This document shows, piece by piece, positions 20,416 to 30,832 of a stretch of DNA of 64,000 nucleotides; the first letter of the stretch is position 1, and each line of letters starts with the position of its first letter. The notes below the pieces were generated by a model. The model was given only the letters and a program-made list of their open reading frames with translations, made no database searches and was not told the DNA's origin. The stretch spans positions 1 through 64,000 of the forward strand of contig JBBRSB010000029.1 of the NCBI GenBank assembly GCA_038245785.1. The letters run 5' to 3'. The DNA comes from Gloeobacterales cyanobacterium. Its GTDB lineage: Bacteria > Cyanobacteriota > Cyanobacteriia > Gloeobacterales > PMM-0068. The translations under genes and the position numbers were made by a program.

Positions 20416-20560
20416 TCGCCCCCCTGCCCCCCAAAGTTGGGCTTCGATGTGAGCGCTCAGCCGAACGTGGGTTCTGTGCTCTAAGTCCCCCAAAGTACTC
20501 TCCGAGAAGCTTCGCTATGGGGGATTTAGGCTTCCCTGAGCGTCAGCCGAACGGGGGCGA
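20416..20560. repeat. Composite palindromic repeat with three nested 21-27 nt elements
   Basis: Host TCGCCCCC...GGGGGCGA with two CCCCCAAAGTTGGGGG hairpins; inserts at 20442-20468, 20497-20517 and 20531-20554. Confidence 0.75.
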
Positions 20561-20580
20561 GGCTGGGGGAGAATTTTGAG

Positions 20581-21696
20581 ATGAAGGTTGCCATTGTTCA
20601 TGAATATCTTATCCATCAGGGAGGCTCCGAGAACTGCGTTGAGGCTCTCTTAGAAATTTATCCGGACGCTCCTGTTTTTAGCTGTTTCTATAGTCCGGAG
20701 ACGATGCCTGAGCGTTGGCAGCAGAGAGATATTCGCACTTCCTTTCTGCAAAAACTGCCTTTGGGGAAAAAGAATTATCAAAAGAGCTTGCAGTACTTTT
20801 TGCCGCTGATGCCCTTAGCCTATGAACAGTTTGACCTCAGAGATTTTGATTTAATCCTCTCCAGCTGCCACGCCTATGCCAAGGGGGTGCTCACCAGCAC
20901 GGATAGCCTACATATCAGCTATATCCATACCCCCGTTCGTTACCTGTGGGATTTGAACCAAGATTATCTTGCCAGCTATAAACCTGGTTCCTGGCAGGCA
21001 AAACTAGCTCCTGTGGCTCAGCACTATTTGCGGAATTGGGATTTCCAGGCAGCCCAGAGACCTGATTATTTGGTTTCTAATAGTAATCATGTGCAGCGAC
21101 GCATTGAAAAGTTTTATCGCCGTCCCGCTACCACTATTTATCCTCCTGTCGATGTAGATTATTTTGCTCCAACTCCTTTTCCGCAAGAAGATTACTATCT
21201 GATCGCAGGACGAATCGTAGGCTATAAGAGAATCGACCTAGCTGTTCAAGCTTTTAATCGACTCGGTTTGAAACTTCGGGTTGTCGGAGAAGGCCCTGAA
21301 CTGGAAGAAATACGAGCGATGGCTAAACCGAATATCACTTTTTCCCCGTATCTTTCCCGTCAAGAACTCAAAGAGTGTTTCGCGAACTGTCGCGCTCTAC
21401 TCTTCCCTGGGGAAGAAGACTTTGGCATTTTGCCAGTGGAAGTCCAGGCTTGCGGTAGACCCGTTATTGCCTATGGTAGGGGTGGCGCTCTTGAGACCGT
21501 AGTAGAAGGTAAAACGGGGCTCTTCTTTAGAGAACAAACGGTAGAGGCTTTGATCAATACGGTTAAAGACTGTGAAAATCAGCAATGGGATAGTAAACTC
21601 ATTCGTACGCACGCTGAACAGTTTTCCAGAATGCGTTATCAAAAAAACATGAAAAACTTTATTGATGAAAAGATGCTAGCTGCTAAAGATCGTTAA
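20581..21696 (+). CDS. GT4 glycosyltransferase
   Basis: HEYL..GGSE, EEDFGILPVEVQACG. Confidence 0.9.
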   Translation: MKVAIVHEYLIHQGGSENCVEALLEIYPDAPVFSCFYSPETMPERWQQRDIRTSFLQKLPLGKKNYQKSLQYFLPLMPLAYEQFDLRDFDLILSSCHAYAKGVLTSTDSLHISYIHTPVRYLWDLNQDYLASYKPGSWQAKLAPVAQHYLRNWDFQAAQRPDYLVSNSNHVQRRIEKFYRRPATTIYPPVDVDYFAPTPFPQEDYYLIAGRIVGYKRIDLAVQAFNRLGLKLRVVGEGPELEEIRAMAKPNITFSPYLSRQELKECFANCRALLFPGEEDFGILPVEVQACGRPVIAYGRGGALETVVEGKTGLFFREQTVEALINTVKDCENQQWDSKLIRTHAEQFSRMRYQKNMKNFIDEKMLAAKDR

Positions 21697-21926
21697 TTAT
21701 TGCTACTTTATAAAGTCTTGACTCAAGAAGATGGATCAACTGGAAAGGATGCTTTTTACATATTTGAATAGTGCTTTGCAAGAGAAAAATATAGTCCTGT
21801 TCATGTCTTGATCTTTACATTTATTTACAGGAAAATGAGATATTGCAATGTTTTTCAATGTTTAGGGCTGGTTTTCGGTCATAGAATGACGGACAACATT
21901 AATGTCTGCGAACCTAAGGAGACCGG

Positions 21927-22469
21927 ATGTCTTTGCAGTTTCAAGAAGAAGACTTTATGGGAATTGACCGTTTCTTCCAAGAGGCTGTCTACCATGGCGA
22001 TACTTCTCTCAACGCTGCCTCTTCTATTGAGGTAGAACTTTACGAACATGAGTACATGTACCCTACCTTTGCCCGCGTTGCCCGCGAGTCTGGGAATGAG
22101 GAAGTGGCTTCCATGTTCGATGCGATTGCTCGGGAGGAAGGGGAGCACGCGGAACTGCTGCGTAAACTCTATCCCCAACTCGAAATCAAGGACTCTCCAG
22201 AAACCCTGGAAGCCAAGCGCCTAGTCGCTGAGATTGAGTCCCAGATGCAGGTAGTAGCAACCGACCCCCGTGGGTTGAAGCGTGCCTTGGAAACGGCGTT
22301 GGAAGTGGAAAGCATTGAAGCTACCAAGACCTATCCTGCCTTTGCCGCTCTAGCGCGGTCTCAGGGCAAGGAAGATATTGCACAGGCTTTCGATGAAGTT
22401 ACTCGCTCTGAAGTTCGCCATATGCACTGGGTACAAAAAGCCTTAGACCGTCTTTGCACCACAGCATAG
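21927..22469 (+). CDS. Symerythrin (internally symmetric rubrerythrin-like di-iron protein)
   Basis: 180 aa; E37/E40/E71/H74 and E128/E131/E162/H165; F17 and V127. Confidence 0.85.
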   Translation: MSLQFQEEDFMGIDRFFQEAVYHGDTSLNAASSIEVELYEHEYMYPTFARVARESGNEEVASMFDAIAREEGEHAELLRKLYPQLEIKDSPETLEAKRLVAEIESQMQVVATDPRGLKRALETALEVESIEATKTYPAFAALARSQGKEDIAQAFDEVTRSEVRHMHWVQKALDRLCTTA

Positions 22470-22491
22470 ACGCTCTTAGTTCGTGTCTTTT

Positions 22492-22520
22492 GCCTCAACT
22501 TCGGTTGGGGCTTTTTATTT
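22492..22520 (+). terminator. Rho-independent terminator
   Basis: GCCTCAAC-TTCG-GTTGGGGC followed by TTTTTATTT. Confidence 0.8.
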
Positions 22521-22525
22521 AGCCT

Positions 22526-22794
22526 ACCCCTCAGTCCCTTTGGGACAGCTCCCCTGGGAGGGGAGCCTAGGTTGGAGGGAGCCAGATAGCTTGGATTTAG
22601 CTACAGAAGCTGCTAGAGCGACAGCTTTCTTCTTTATGGCTGAAATAGACTGGACTACGCGCCTTTTGGGCTCTAGGGATGATAATGATAGCGTCATCGT
22701 ATCCCCTCTGTTCTAACGCTACACCCGCAGCTTTCTCCTCTCAAAAGGCCCAGGCTCCCCTCTCAGGGGAGCTGTCCCAAAGGGATTGAGGGGT
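22526..22794. repeat. REP/MITE-like element bounded by 46-bp inverted repeats
   Basis: 22526-22571 vs reverse complement of 22749-22794: 3 mismatches. Confidence 0.8.
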
Positions 22795-23970
22795 TCACAC
22801 CAATCGAATAATTTTCTTTTTCCCTACCTGCAGCACCGCATCTTTAATTTCTTCAGATTTGGAAAATTCTAGATTGGGGTCTGCTACTTTTTCCCCGTTC
22901 AGCTTGACCGCACCACCCTGAATCTGGCGGCGGGCCTCATTGTTGGAGGGGCAAAGGGCGCTGAGGCTCAGGACTTGAAATAATTTAAGGGGATACTCAA
23001 GTCCTGAGATGGAAAATTCAGGAAGTTGGTCTGAGACCTCTCCTAAAGACCCCTTCGTGACGTTCTGGGCATCATCCTGAATCTGGGTCGCTACTTCTTC
23101 TCCATATAACTGCGCCACAAGACTCCAGGCTAAAAGTCTCTGCCGCTCACGGGCATTAGCCGGCAATTGAGTCAAGTCTTGCTCGGTGAGGAGCTCGAAA
23201 TAACTTTCTACAAGCGTATCGGGCACTTTCTCCAGTTTTTGGTACATCACCATCGGTTCATCGGTAAGACCAACATAGTTATCTAGGGACTTGGACATCT
23301 TCTGGACCCCGTCCAGCCCGACGAGGAGGGGCACCAAGAGTCCTGTTTGCTGAGGTTGACCATAAAGTGCTTGCAGGTCCCGTCCCACCGCAATATTGAA
23401 CTTCTGGTCCGTACCGCCAATCTCGACATCCGAACGGATCGCTACAGAATCGTAGCCTTGGAGCAGGGGATAGAGAAATTCGTGAAGATAGACAGGATTT
23501 TGTTTTTCATAGCGCTCTCGAAAGCCTTCCTTGGCCAACATTTGCTGAAGGGTCATCGAAGCCATGATTTCAATAATTTTTTGCAGGTCCAAGCTGGCCA
23601 ACCATTCACTGTTATTGCAGACTTCCAGTTTTTGAGGAGCAAAATCGAGAATTTTACGGGCTTGGTCCAGGTAGGTTTGAGCATTGTGCTCCACTTCTGC
23701 TTGGGTCAGACGCGGACGCATTTCTGATTTACCCGTGGGATCGCCAATCCGGGCCGTAAAGTCACCAATGATTAAAATTGCCACATGTCCTTGGTCTTGG
23801 AACTGGCGTAGCTTCTTAAGGGCGACCGTATGGCCTAAATGTAAATCCGGCTTGGTCGGATCGATGCCAAGCTTTACCCGTAAGGGTTTGCCCTGAGCCT
23901 GGTCGAAGGGTTCAGAGATGTCGAGCTGAGCGGGGAAGAGGTCGGCTACTCCTCTGGAAAGCAAGGTCAT
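22795..23970 (-). CDS. tyrS: Tyrosine--tRNA ligase
   Basis: GIDPT..DLHLGH, KMSKS, C-terminal S4 domain. Confidence 0.95.
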   Translation of the reverse strand: MTLLSRGVADLFPAQLDISEPFDQAQGKPLRVKLGIDPTKPDLHLGHTVALKKLRQFQDQGHVAILIIGDFTARIGDPTGKSEMRPRLTQAEVEHNAQTYLDQARKILDFAPQKLEVCNNSEWLASLDLQKIIEIMASMTLQQMLAKEGFRERYEKQNPVYLHEFLYPLLQGYDSVAIRSDVEIGGTDQKFNIAVGRDLQALYGQPQQTGLLVPLLVGLDGVQKMSKSLDNYVGLTDEPMVMYQKLEKVPDTLVESYFELLTEQDLTQLPANARERQRLLAWSLVAQLYGEEVATQIQDDAQNVTKGSLGEVSDQLPEFSISGLEYPLKLFQVLSLSALCPSNNEARRQIQGGAVKLNGEKVADPNLEFSKSEEIKDAVLQVGKKKIIRLV

Positions 23971-24101
23971 AGTGCTGTCTGTGTAGTGTTTTAAAGACTG
24001 CTCTAAATCTTAAGAGAAAACAGGTCTAGTCTTTTAGAGTAATACTTGGGGAATTCAGCCCTCTATAATTATTTGGAACCTTACCCTAGGACTGCCTAGA
24101 T

Positions 24102-26441
24102 TTGTCATCTACAGAACGTGGTGAACGTGGTCGGCCTTCGGGAAGAAATCCCTCTGCCCAATCATCGGGCCGACCCCCACAAGCTCGTCCTCCTAAATCT
24201 CCCTGGGCGGCGGTACGTTGGGCCTTGATCAGCACGCTGTTGCTCGTTGTTGCTGGCCTATCGGGTGGGCTGTTCGGTCTTGCTGTCAGTTTCCGTAACC
24301 TGCCAGACGTAAAAGTCCTCAAAAACTATAATCCCAGTGAGACGACCCAGATTTTAGATGTGAAAGGCCGACTCTTGTCCAACATCTACGGGGAAGTCAA
24401 CCGCAGGGTGGTGCCCTTAAAAAATATTTCTCCGAATCTCCAGCGGGCCTTGATGGCTATCGAGGACGACCAGTTTTATCAGCACCGTGGGGTTCGTCCT
24501 GACACGATTATTCGGGCTGCGGTTACAAACTATGGCGCAGGCCGTTCTGTGCAGGGAGGCTCCACCCTTACCCAACAGCTGATCAAGAATCTCTTTCTCA
24601 CCCCTGAGAAGAACCTCGGTCGTAAATTAGTAGAGGCTGTTTTAGCCCTGAGGGTTGAGCAGGTCTTCACAAAGAATGAAATCCTGGAAATGTACCTCAA
24701 CCAAGTGTACTGGGGGCATAACAGCTACGGAGCAGAGACGGCTGCTCAACTTTACTTTCGCAAGAGCTCCAAGGATTTGACCCTAGGGGAGGGAGCGATG
24801 ATGGCAGGCCTCATTCGCGCTCCAGAATATTACTCTCCAATCAAATCCCCGAAAACGATCTACCTTAAACGGGCCAAGAAGCGGCAGGAGACGGTACTCA
24901 ACCGGATGGTTGAACTGGGTTGGATTACACCCCAACAAGCGAATGCCGCCAAAGCCGAAAAGATAACCTATGGCACTGCGATTTCTCCTCAACGCAAGGT
25001 TACTTATTTCAGTACCTATGTGACCGAGGAACTGCGCCGTAAGTACGGTCAAGATTCTGTCTTGAAAGGCGGTCTGAGAGTTCAAACGACCCTGGACCTG
25101 GACCTGCAAAGATTAGCAGAGAATACGGTGCGCAATGGGGTGCGTAGACTCAGAGGACGACGGGTGTCTCAAATGGCCTTAGTCAGTATTGACCCGCGCA
25201 CGGGCTATGTAAAAGCGATGGTCGGGGGTGTCGATTTTGCCACCAGCCAGTTCAACCGGGTCATTCAGGCTCGCCGCCAACCAGGATCTTCCTTTAAACC
25301 CTTCGTCTATTACACTGCCTATGCCCGGAAAGTTCTTACCCCAGATTCGATCATCGACGATTCTCCAGTGACTTATGGGAAGTACACACCCAGTAATTAC
25401 GACAACAAATTTATGGGAGAGATGACGGTACGCCAAGCAGTGGCCCTCTCTCGCAATATCCCGGCAGTGAAAGCAGGTAAAAAAGCAGGGCTTCGTAATG
25501 TGGTGCAATCGGCCAAGGATGCGGGCATTGAGTCTCCTATCCAGCCCAATTTATCCACCTCTTTAGGGGCTGTAGATATTTCTCCCATGGAACTGGCCCG
25601 TGGCTATTGTGCTTTCGCCAATGGGGGGTACCGCATTACGCCAACGGTAATCATGCAAGTCACGGATACCAAGGGCAATCTGGTAGAGCAGAACCTCCCG
25701 ACTCGGGAACCGACTATGGATCGCAGAGCGGTCGAGCAGATCAATTCCACTTTGCAAACGGTGGTCTCTGCTGGAGGAACGGGCGCTGCCGCCCAGCTTC
25801 CAGGCCGTACCGTCGCAGGTAAGACAGGAACGACCCAGGATTTTCGAGATGCTTGGTTTGTCGGCTATGTGCCTCAGATGGTTACAGCCATCTGGATTGG
25901 CAATGATAACTACAGTCAAATGGTCTCAGGGACGGCTGGCGGAGCTTTTGTGGCTCCAATTTGGAAAGGGTATATGCAAAAAGCCCTTAAGGGCAGCCCT
26001 GTTCTGCCCTTTCCTAAACAGGGGGATGGTATAACTTTGTCGCAGCTGGGGAGTACCAGTGAGGCCGATGCTACTCCCGCCGCGACCTCCGCAGTTCCTC
26101 CGATTGCAGTTCCTGCCGTCAACCAGAAATCGAAAGCTAGAGCCGCTGCCGCAGTCAATGAAACGGACAACACTGAACCGAAGAAGAAAAAGCGCAGGCG
26201 CAGACTGAAGCAACAGGATGATTCAGTGGCTGCCTCTGACGGTTCTGTCACCGATGCTTCTAACCCTGATGCAGAGAAACCCAAAAAGCGTAGGCGTAGA
26301 CTAAAGCGCCAAGATGCTTCAGAACAGGTAACTTCTTCTAGCGATAATTCAGATTCGGAGAAATCTCAAAAACGCAAGCGTCGCAGAGCGAGAAGGACAA
26401 GCCCCGATCCCAGCGCTGATGCTCCGATCGTCACAGAATAA
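24102..26441 (+). CDS. Class A penicillin-binding protein (PBP1A family) with Lys/Arg-rich tail
   Basis: EDDQFYQH, QGGSTLTQQ, SSFK, SRN, KTG. Confidence 0.9.
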   Translation: MSSTERGERGRPSGRNPSAQSSGRPPQARPPKSPWAAVRWALISTLLLVVAGLSGGLFGLAVSFRNLPDVKVLKNYNPSETTQILDVKGRLLSNIYGEVNRRVVPLKNISPNLQRALMAIEDDQFYQHRGVRPDTIIRAAVTNYGAGRSVQGGSTLTQQLIKNLFLTPEKNLGRKLVEAVLALRVEQVFTKNEILEMYLNQVYWGHNSYGAETAAQLYFRKSSKDLTLGEGAMMAGLIRAPEYYSPIKSPKTIYLKRAKKRQETVLNRMVELGWITPQQANAAKAEKITYGTAISPQRKVTYFSTYVTEELRRKYGQDSVLKGGLRVQTTLDLDLQRLAENTVRNGVRRLRGRRVSQMALVSIDPRTGYVKAMVGGVDFATSQFNRVIQARRQPGSSFKPFVYYTAYARKVLTPDSIIDDSPVTYGKYTPSNYDNKFMGEMTVRQAVALSRNIPAVKAGKKAGLRNVVQSAKDAGIESPIQPNLSTSLGAVDISPMELARGYCAFANGGYRITPTVIMQVTDTKGNLVEQNLPTREPTMDRRAVEQINSTLQTVVSAGGTGAAAQLPGRTVAGKTGTTQDFRDAWFVGYVPQMVTAIWIGNDNYSQMVSGTAGGAFVAPIWKGYMQKALKGSPVLPFPKQGDGITLSQLGSTSEADATPAATSAVPPIAVPAVNQKSKARAAAAVNETDNTEPKKKKRRRRLKQQDDSVAASDGSVTDASNPDAEKPKKRRRRLKRQDASEQVTSSSDNSDSEKSQKRKRRRARRTSPDPSADAPIVTE

Positions 26442-26527
26442 ACCTATTTTGGCGTTACTTTTTGAACGGTATAGGATACCCTGAGTAACATCCAGTGGGC
26501 GTTTCTGTCCCTCTAAAGGTAGTCCTG

Positions 26528-27862
26528 ATGACTTCCTCGTCCGTGCCGCAATACAACGATTCCACTTTGACCCTCGAAGACTTAGTGGCTCAATTGGATC
26601 GGGAAAAGCGCAGAACCCAAGACCTGTTGAGTTCTCTGAGTTTTGCCCTGCGCAGTCTCAATAATGTCAAACAGCTTTTAGAGCTGGTTCCTTTGATGGC
26701 TTGTCGGGTAACCGATGGAGAAGCGGGGGCAATCGTCCTGCTTAAAGATGATGATCCGAAGGGCCGGGTTCATCAGGTGTACTGTCCGGATGCTGGTTTT
26801 TTAGAGCATATCCAAAATTGTCTTGATACGTTACCCGCCGATTTGGACAGTGAAGAGCTAGACCAACAGCTTACCGAATGCTTAAGTGCCCGGATCGGCA
26901 GTGCTGTTCCTGTACAGGTTCATGGTGCTGCCATTCTGGTCAAAAATCAGATACGGGGCCGTCTTTTTATATTTAGCCGTCCAGGTAGAATTCTTGCGGA
27001 TGGTGATAAAAATTATATTTGGACAGAGGGACGCTTCAAGCTTCTGCACTTGGTGGCGGACCAAACGGCTGTAGCCATTGAAAATGATGAGCTGACGCTC
27101 AAACTCCAACGGAAGGAACGCTTAGACCGAGAATTAGAGATTGGTTCTGAAATACAAGCCCAGCTACTACCCCGTAGCAGCCCTGTTTTTGCTAACTTTT
27201 CGCTAGCGGCCCGTTTTCAAAATGCCAATCGGGTGGGGGGTGATTACTATGATTTCATTCCCATCTGGGGGACTGACCGCTGGGCTGTAGTAATCGGGGA
27301 TGTCATGGGGAAAGGGGTACCTGCTGGTCTCCTGATGACCATGACGCGAGGCATGCTCCGAGCCGAAGTATTGCGTCAAGAGTGCCCATCCCTCATCCTC
27401 CAGCATTTAAACCGAGTCATGTATGTGGACTTGGAGAATTCTAGTCGGTTTGTCACCTTATTCTACTCAGAGCTGAATCCTGAGACTTCTACGCTTTGCT
27501 ATGCCAATGCTGCCCACAATCCTCCTTTGTATTGGAATGCCAAAAAAGGGGAACTCTCTACTTTAGATACTCCAGGCATGTTGATTGGCTTAAATCCCCA
27601 AAGTGAATATGAGCAATCCTGCATCACACTCCAGTCTGGTGATGTGGTGGTCTACTACACCGATGGCTTGACGGAACTTTCCAATGGTCAAGATGACCGA
27701 TTTGGAGATGACCGTTTGAGGGAAGCAACCCGCTGGGCAGTGACCCACCATCGAGACCCCCAAATCATCTTGGACCATATTTTTGGTGAAGTGCTGGCTT
27801 TTGCACCCAAGGGACAAGGCATCAATGACGACATGACTCTGATTATTCTGCAAGCCCATTAG
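26528..27862 (+). CDS. GAF + PP2C (SpoIIE/RsbU-like) phosphatase
   Basis: VGGDYYD, GDVMGKG, YTDGL, DDMT. Confidence 0.9.
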   Translation: MTSSSVPQYNDSTLTLEDLVAQLDREKRRTQDLLSSLSFALRSLNNVKQLLELVPLMACRVTDGEAGAIVLLKDDDPKGRVHQVYCPDAGFLEHIQNCLDTLPADLDSEELDQQLTECLSARIGSAVPVQVHGAAILVKNQIRGRLFIFSRPGRILADGDKNYIWTEGRFKLLHLVADQTAVAIENDELTLKLQRKERLDRELEIGSEIQAQLLPRSSPVFANFSLAARFQNANRVGGDYYDFIPIWGTDRWAVVIGDVMGKGVPAGLLMTMTRGMLRAEVLRQECPSLILQHLNRVMYVDLENSSRFVTLFYSELNPETSTLCYANAAHNPPLYWNAKKGELSTLDTPGMLIGLNPQSEYEQSCITLQSGDVVVYYTDGLTELSNGQDDRFGDDRLREATRWAVTHHRDPQIILDHIFGEVLAFAPKGQGINDDMTLIILQAH

Positions 27863-27879
27863 ATTGCTGAGAGGAATTC

Positions 27880-28047
27880 ATGTTGACCTGGCATTTATTA
27901 GATACTTTTTTGGCGTTGGTCCCAAAGAACCAAGATGTAATTGCTCAAATCCAAGCTTTTTGGCATGACCTAACGGCAACGGGAAAATTGACCTTTGCAG
28001 GCATTGGGTTCGTCTTGGGTTTTTTGCTTAAGAGCGTCATCAGTTAA
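27880..28047 (+). CDS. Small 55-aa single-TM protein (absent from the ORF track)
   Basis: GAGGA RBS; MLTWHLLDTF...DVIAQIQAFWHDLTATGKLTFAGIGFVLGFLLKSVIS. Confidence 0.65.
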   Translation: MLTWHLLDTFLALVPKNQDVIAQIQAFWHDLTATGKLTFAGIGFVLGFLLKSVIS

Positions 28048-28177
28048 TAGGTTCTAGTTCGTTCGTTTGCAACTGTTCAAGTAGTTCGATGACTCTTTAG
28101 AGGATGGCCTGCGTTTGAATTGAGGGGACATTCCCCCAAGCTGCTACTCTTGATAAGACTGATTGGCCTTTGCCCCT

Positions 28178-29578
28178 ATGGAAAATCCCGCTGCTAAAGC
28201 CTGGAGTGGTCGTTTTGAAGGTTCCCTAAATGAAACGATCTATCACTTTAATGCTTCTATTGCCTTCGATATTGCGCTGATTGAGTACGACATCCAAGGT
28301 TCCAAGGCCCATGCTCAGATGTTAGGCGAGACGGGTATTATTAGTCCTGAAGAGCAACAAAAACTGCAAGCGGCTTTAGACGAAATTCTAGCTCAATGGC
28401 GCACCGGAAAATTTCAACCGGATCCGGAAGCAGAAGATGTCCACTATGCCGTCGAGAAGCGTTTGATTGAGTTGGTCGGTGACCTAGGCAAGAAACTACA
28501 CACGGCTCGCTCTCGCAATGACCAAGTGGCGGTCGATTTGAGACTCTACCTGCGGAATCACCTCAACCGGATTGATAGCCTCCTAAGTGCCCTCCAAGGC
28601 CAGTTCTTGAACATGGCTCAGGACCACGTGGAGACCCTGATTCCTGGCTACACCCATCTGCAGCGTGCCCAGCCCGTGAGTTTGGCCCATCACCTCCTGG
28701 CCTATTTTGAAATGTTCAAGCGGGACCGTGAACGCCTCCTAGACCTCAAGAAACGGGTGAATATTTCGCCTTTGGGTTCTGGTGCCTTGGCTGGGACCAC
28801 GCTGCCGATTCAACGCCACCTAACTGCTGACCTATTGGGTTTCAGTGCCCCCAGCGAGAACTCCCTGGATGCAGTGAGCGACCGAGACTATGTCGTGGAA
28901 TTTCTGAGTGCCAGTTCGCTAATCTTGGTGCACCTCAGCCGTCTCTCAGAAGAATTGATTATTTGGGCTTCTCAGGAATTCGGCTTTATTTCTCTGACAG
29001 ACCGCTGTTCCACAGGTTCTTCCTTGATGCCCCAGAAGAAAAACCCCGATGTCCCCGAACTGATCCGGGGAAAAACGGGACGAGTATTTGGCCATTTAGT
29101 CGGTTTGCTAACTACGCTTAAAGCTCTGCCCTTGGCCTATAACAAGGACCTTCAGGAGGATAAGGAAGGCCTGTTTGACACCGTTCGGACGGTGGAAAAC
29201 TGTCTACAGGCAATGACGATCCTGCTGGCAGAAGGCATTGTGTTCCGGACCGAACGACTGGCGCAGGCGATTACCGAAGATTTTTCGAATGCGACGGATG
29301 TGGCCGATTATCTGGTGCGTAAAGGAGTGCCATTTCGGGAAGCTTACAACTTAGTTGGAGCGATCGTCCGTACTTGCTTGCAGGAGAAAATTCTTCTACA
29401 GGCTCTGCCCCTAGACCGCTGGCAACAATTCCATCCTGCTTTTGCAGAAGACCTCTATCAAGCAATTGCTCCCCAACAGGTGGTCGCAGCCCGCAATAGC
29501 TATGGCGGAACTGGGTTTGATCAGGTGCGGCAAGCCTTAGGTCGGGCCAAAACTTGGTGGCAAAATTATCAGCATTAA
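28178..29578 (+). CDS. argH: Argininosuccinate lyase
   Basis: [26 protein letters not shown]. Confidence 0.95.
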   Translation: MENPAAKAWSGRFEGSLNETIYHFNASIAFDIALIEYDIQGSKAHAQMLGETGIISPEEQQKLQAALDEILAQWRTGKFQPDPEAEDVHYAVEKRLIELVGDLGKKLHTARSRNDQVAVDLRLYLRNHLNRIDSLLSALQGQFLNMAQDHVETLIPGYTHLQRAQPVSLAHHLLAYFEMFKRDRERLLDLKKRVNISPLGSGALAGTTLPIQRHLTADLLGFSAPSENSLDAVSDRDYVVEFLSASSLILVHLSRLSEELIIWASQEFGFISLTDRCSTGSSLMPQKKNPDVPELIRGKTGRVFGHLVGLLTTLKALPLAYNKDLQEDKEGLFDTVRTVENCLQAMTILLAEGIVFRTERLAQAITEDFSNATDVADYLVRKGVPFREAYNLVGAIVRTCLQEKILLQALPLDRWQQFHPAFAEDLYQAIAPQQVVAARNSYGGTGFDQVRQALGRAKTWWQNYQH

Positions 29579-29630
29579 TGTTACTAGCAGGGCAATGAGT
29601 GGCAAAATACTGGAGTATTAAGAATTTTTT

Positions 29631-30527
29631 ATGGTTGCCACCGCTCAAGCTTCAATTACTGAATCCAAGCCCCCTAAATCTCTAATGGGGCCTTCTCAAA
29701 ACTTTTTTAGCCCCACTTTAGGTCTTTTTCTGTTATCGATGCTCTTGCCGCTGGTAGGTATGTTTGGGCTCTATCAAGTGCATTGGAATCCCTGGCTTTC
29801 GTTTACCACAGGATTCATCGCCGTCTGGCTCCTAAACGTTGTACTGCACGATAGTAGCCATCGCAGCGCCCATCATTGGCCTTGGCTCAATAATTTTCTA
29901 GGATTCTGGGCTGCGCTTTTGCAGGGGCTTACCTGGCCTGTTTTTCTGCGGACCCATCTGGCGCACCATGCCCATACCAATGACCCGGAAAAGGACCCTG
30001 ATTACTATGTCTCCACGGGCGGTCCTCTATGGCTGACCCCGATCCGTTTTTTCCACCAGGAATGGTTTTTCTTTCGCCATCGGTTATATAAAGGCTGGCA
30101 AGATTTGGGGCTATGGGCTCTGAGTCGGGGTATTCAGGTTGGTCTTTTGGTTTTGGCCTGGCACTTAGGCTATTTCAAGTATGTTATGGACCACTGGTTT
30201 GTTCCAGCTGGCTGGGTTGCTTTAGGTCTTGGCATTTGGCTGGATTATTTTCCCCATCGCCCTTTTGATAGCTTGGGGCGTTTCGGGAGTACCAGAGTTT
30301 ATCCCAGTCGTTGGCTAAATCGGTTGATTTTTGGACAGAACTACCATTTAGTGCATCATCTATGGCCGTCTGTACCCTGGTATCACTATCAAGATGCCTA
30401 TTATGCTACAAAAGAACTTCTTCTAGAAAAGAAGTCACCCCATGGTCTTGGTTTATCCAATACCCGTGAATGGAGCATGTTTCTACGGGATTTCTTTATC
30501 GGAGTTCCTAAGAACAGATCCCACTGA
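29631..30527 (+). CDS. crtR: Beta-carotene hydroxylase (CrtR type)
   Basis: His boxes HDSSH, HLAHH, HLVHH; DPDYYVSTGGPLW. Confidence 0.8.
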   Translation: MVATAQASITESKPPKSLMGPSQNFFSPTLGLFLLSMLLPLVGMFGLYQVHWNPWLSFTTGFIAVWLLNVVLHDSSHRSAHHWPWLNNFLGFWAALLQGLTWPVFLRTHLAHHAHTNDPEKDPDYYVSTGGPLWLTPIRFFHQEWFFFRHRLYKGWQDLGLWALSRGIQVGLLVLAWHLGYFKYVMDHWFVPAGWVALGLGIWLDYFPHRPFDSLGRFGSTRVYPSRWLNRLIFGQNYHLVHHLWPSVPWYHYQDAYYATKELLLEKKSPHGLGLSNTREWSMFLRDFFIGVPKNRSH

Positions 30528-30832
30528 TAGCGCTCATTCGTTCTTTTTGACCTAAAAAGTACAAAGTATCTACGATTCTGGAAGCCAACAGCTAGGCCTG
30601 ATATTTTAAGCGCGAGTTTTGCAATTGTGTGTTCATATATTTGAGATTTTGGGTGATTCTCCTGAGCTGTCAGACCTCATGACTATGTGAACTTGGGGTG
30701 ACTGGGTTCTAATGTTAAGATGCGGAGAGTCATGCGAAATCAATAGAGGCTCATTGGATATTTGTTCTTTTCTGATCATTTAGCTAATGTTGAGTTTTTG
30801 TGTACATATACTTAGGTATAGTCTGCACCCGT

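Noticed and set aside
20367..20579. 70-aa ORF between ilvB and the glycosyltransferase
   Set aside because: It is a translation of the nested palindromic repeat and has no protein-like features
22483..22716. 77-aa ORF
   Set aside because: It runs through a terminator and a repeat arm
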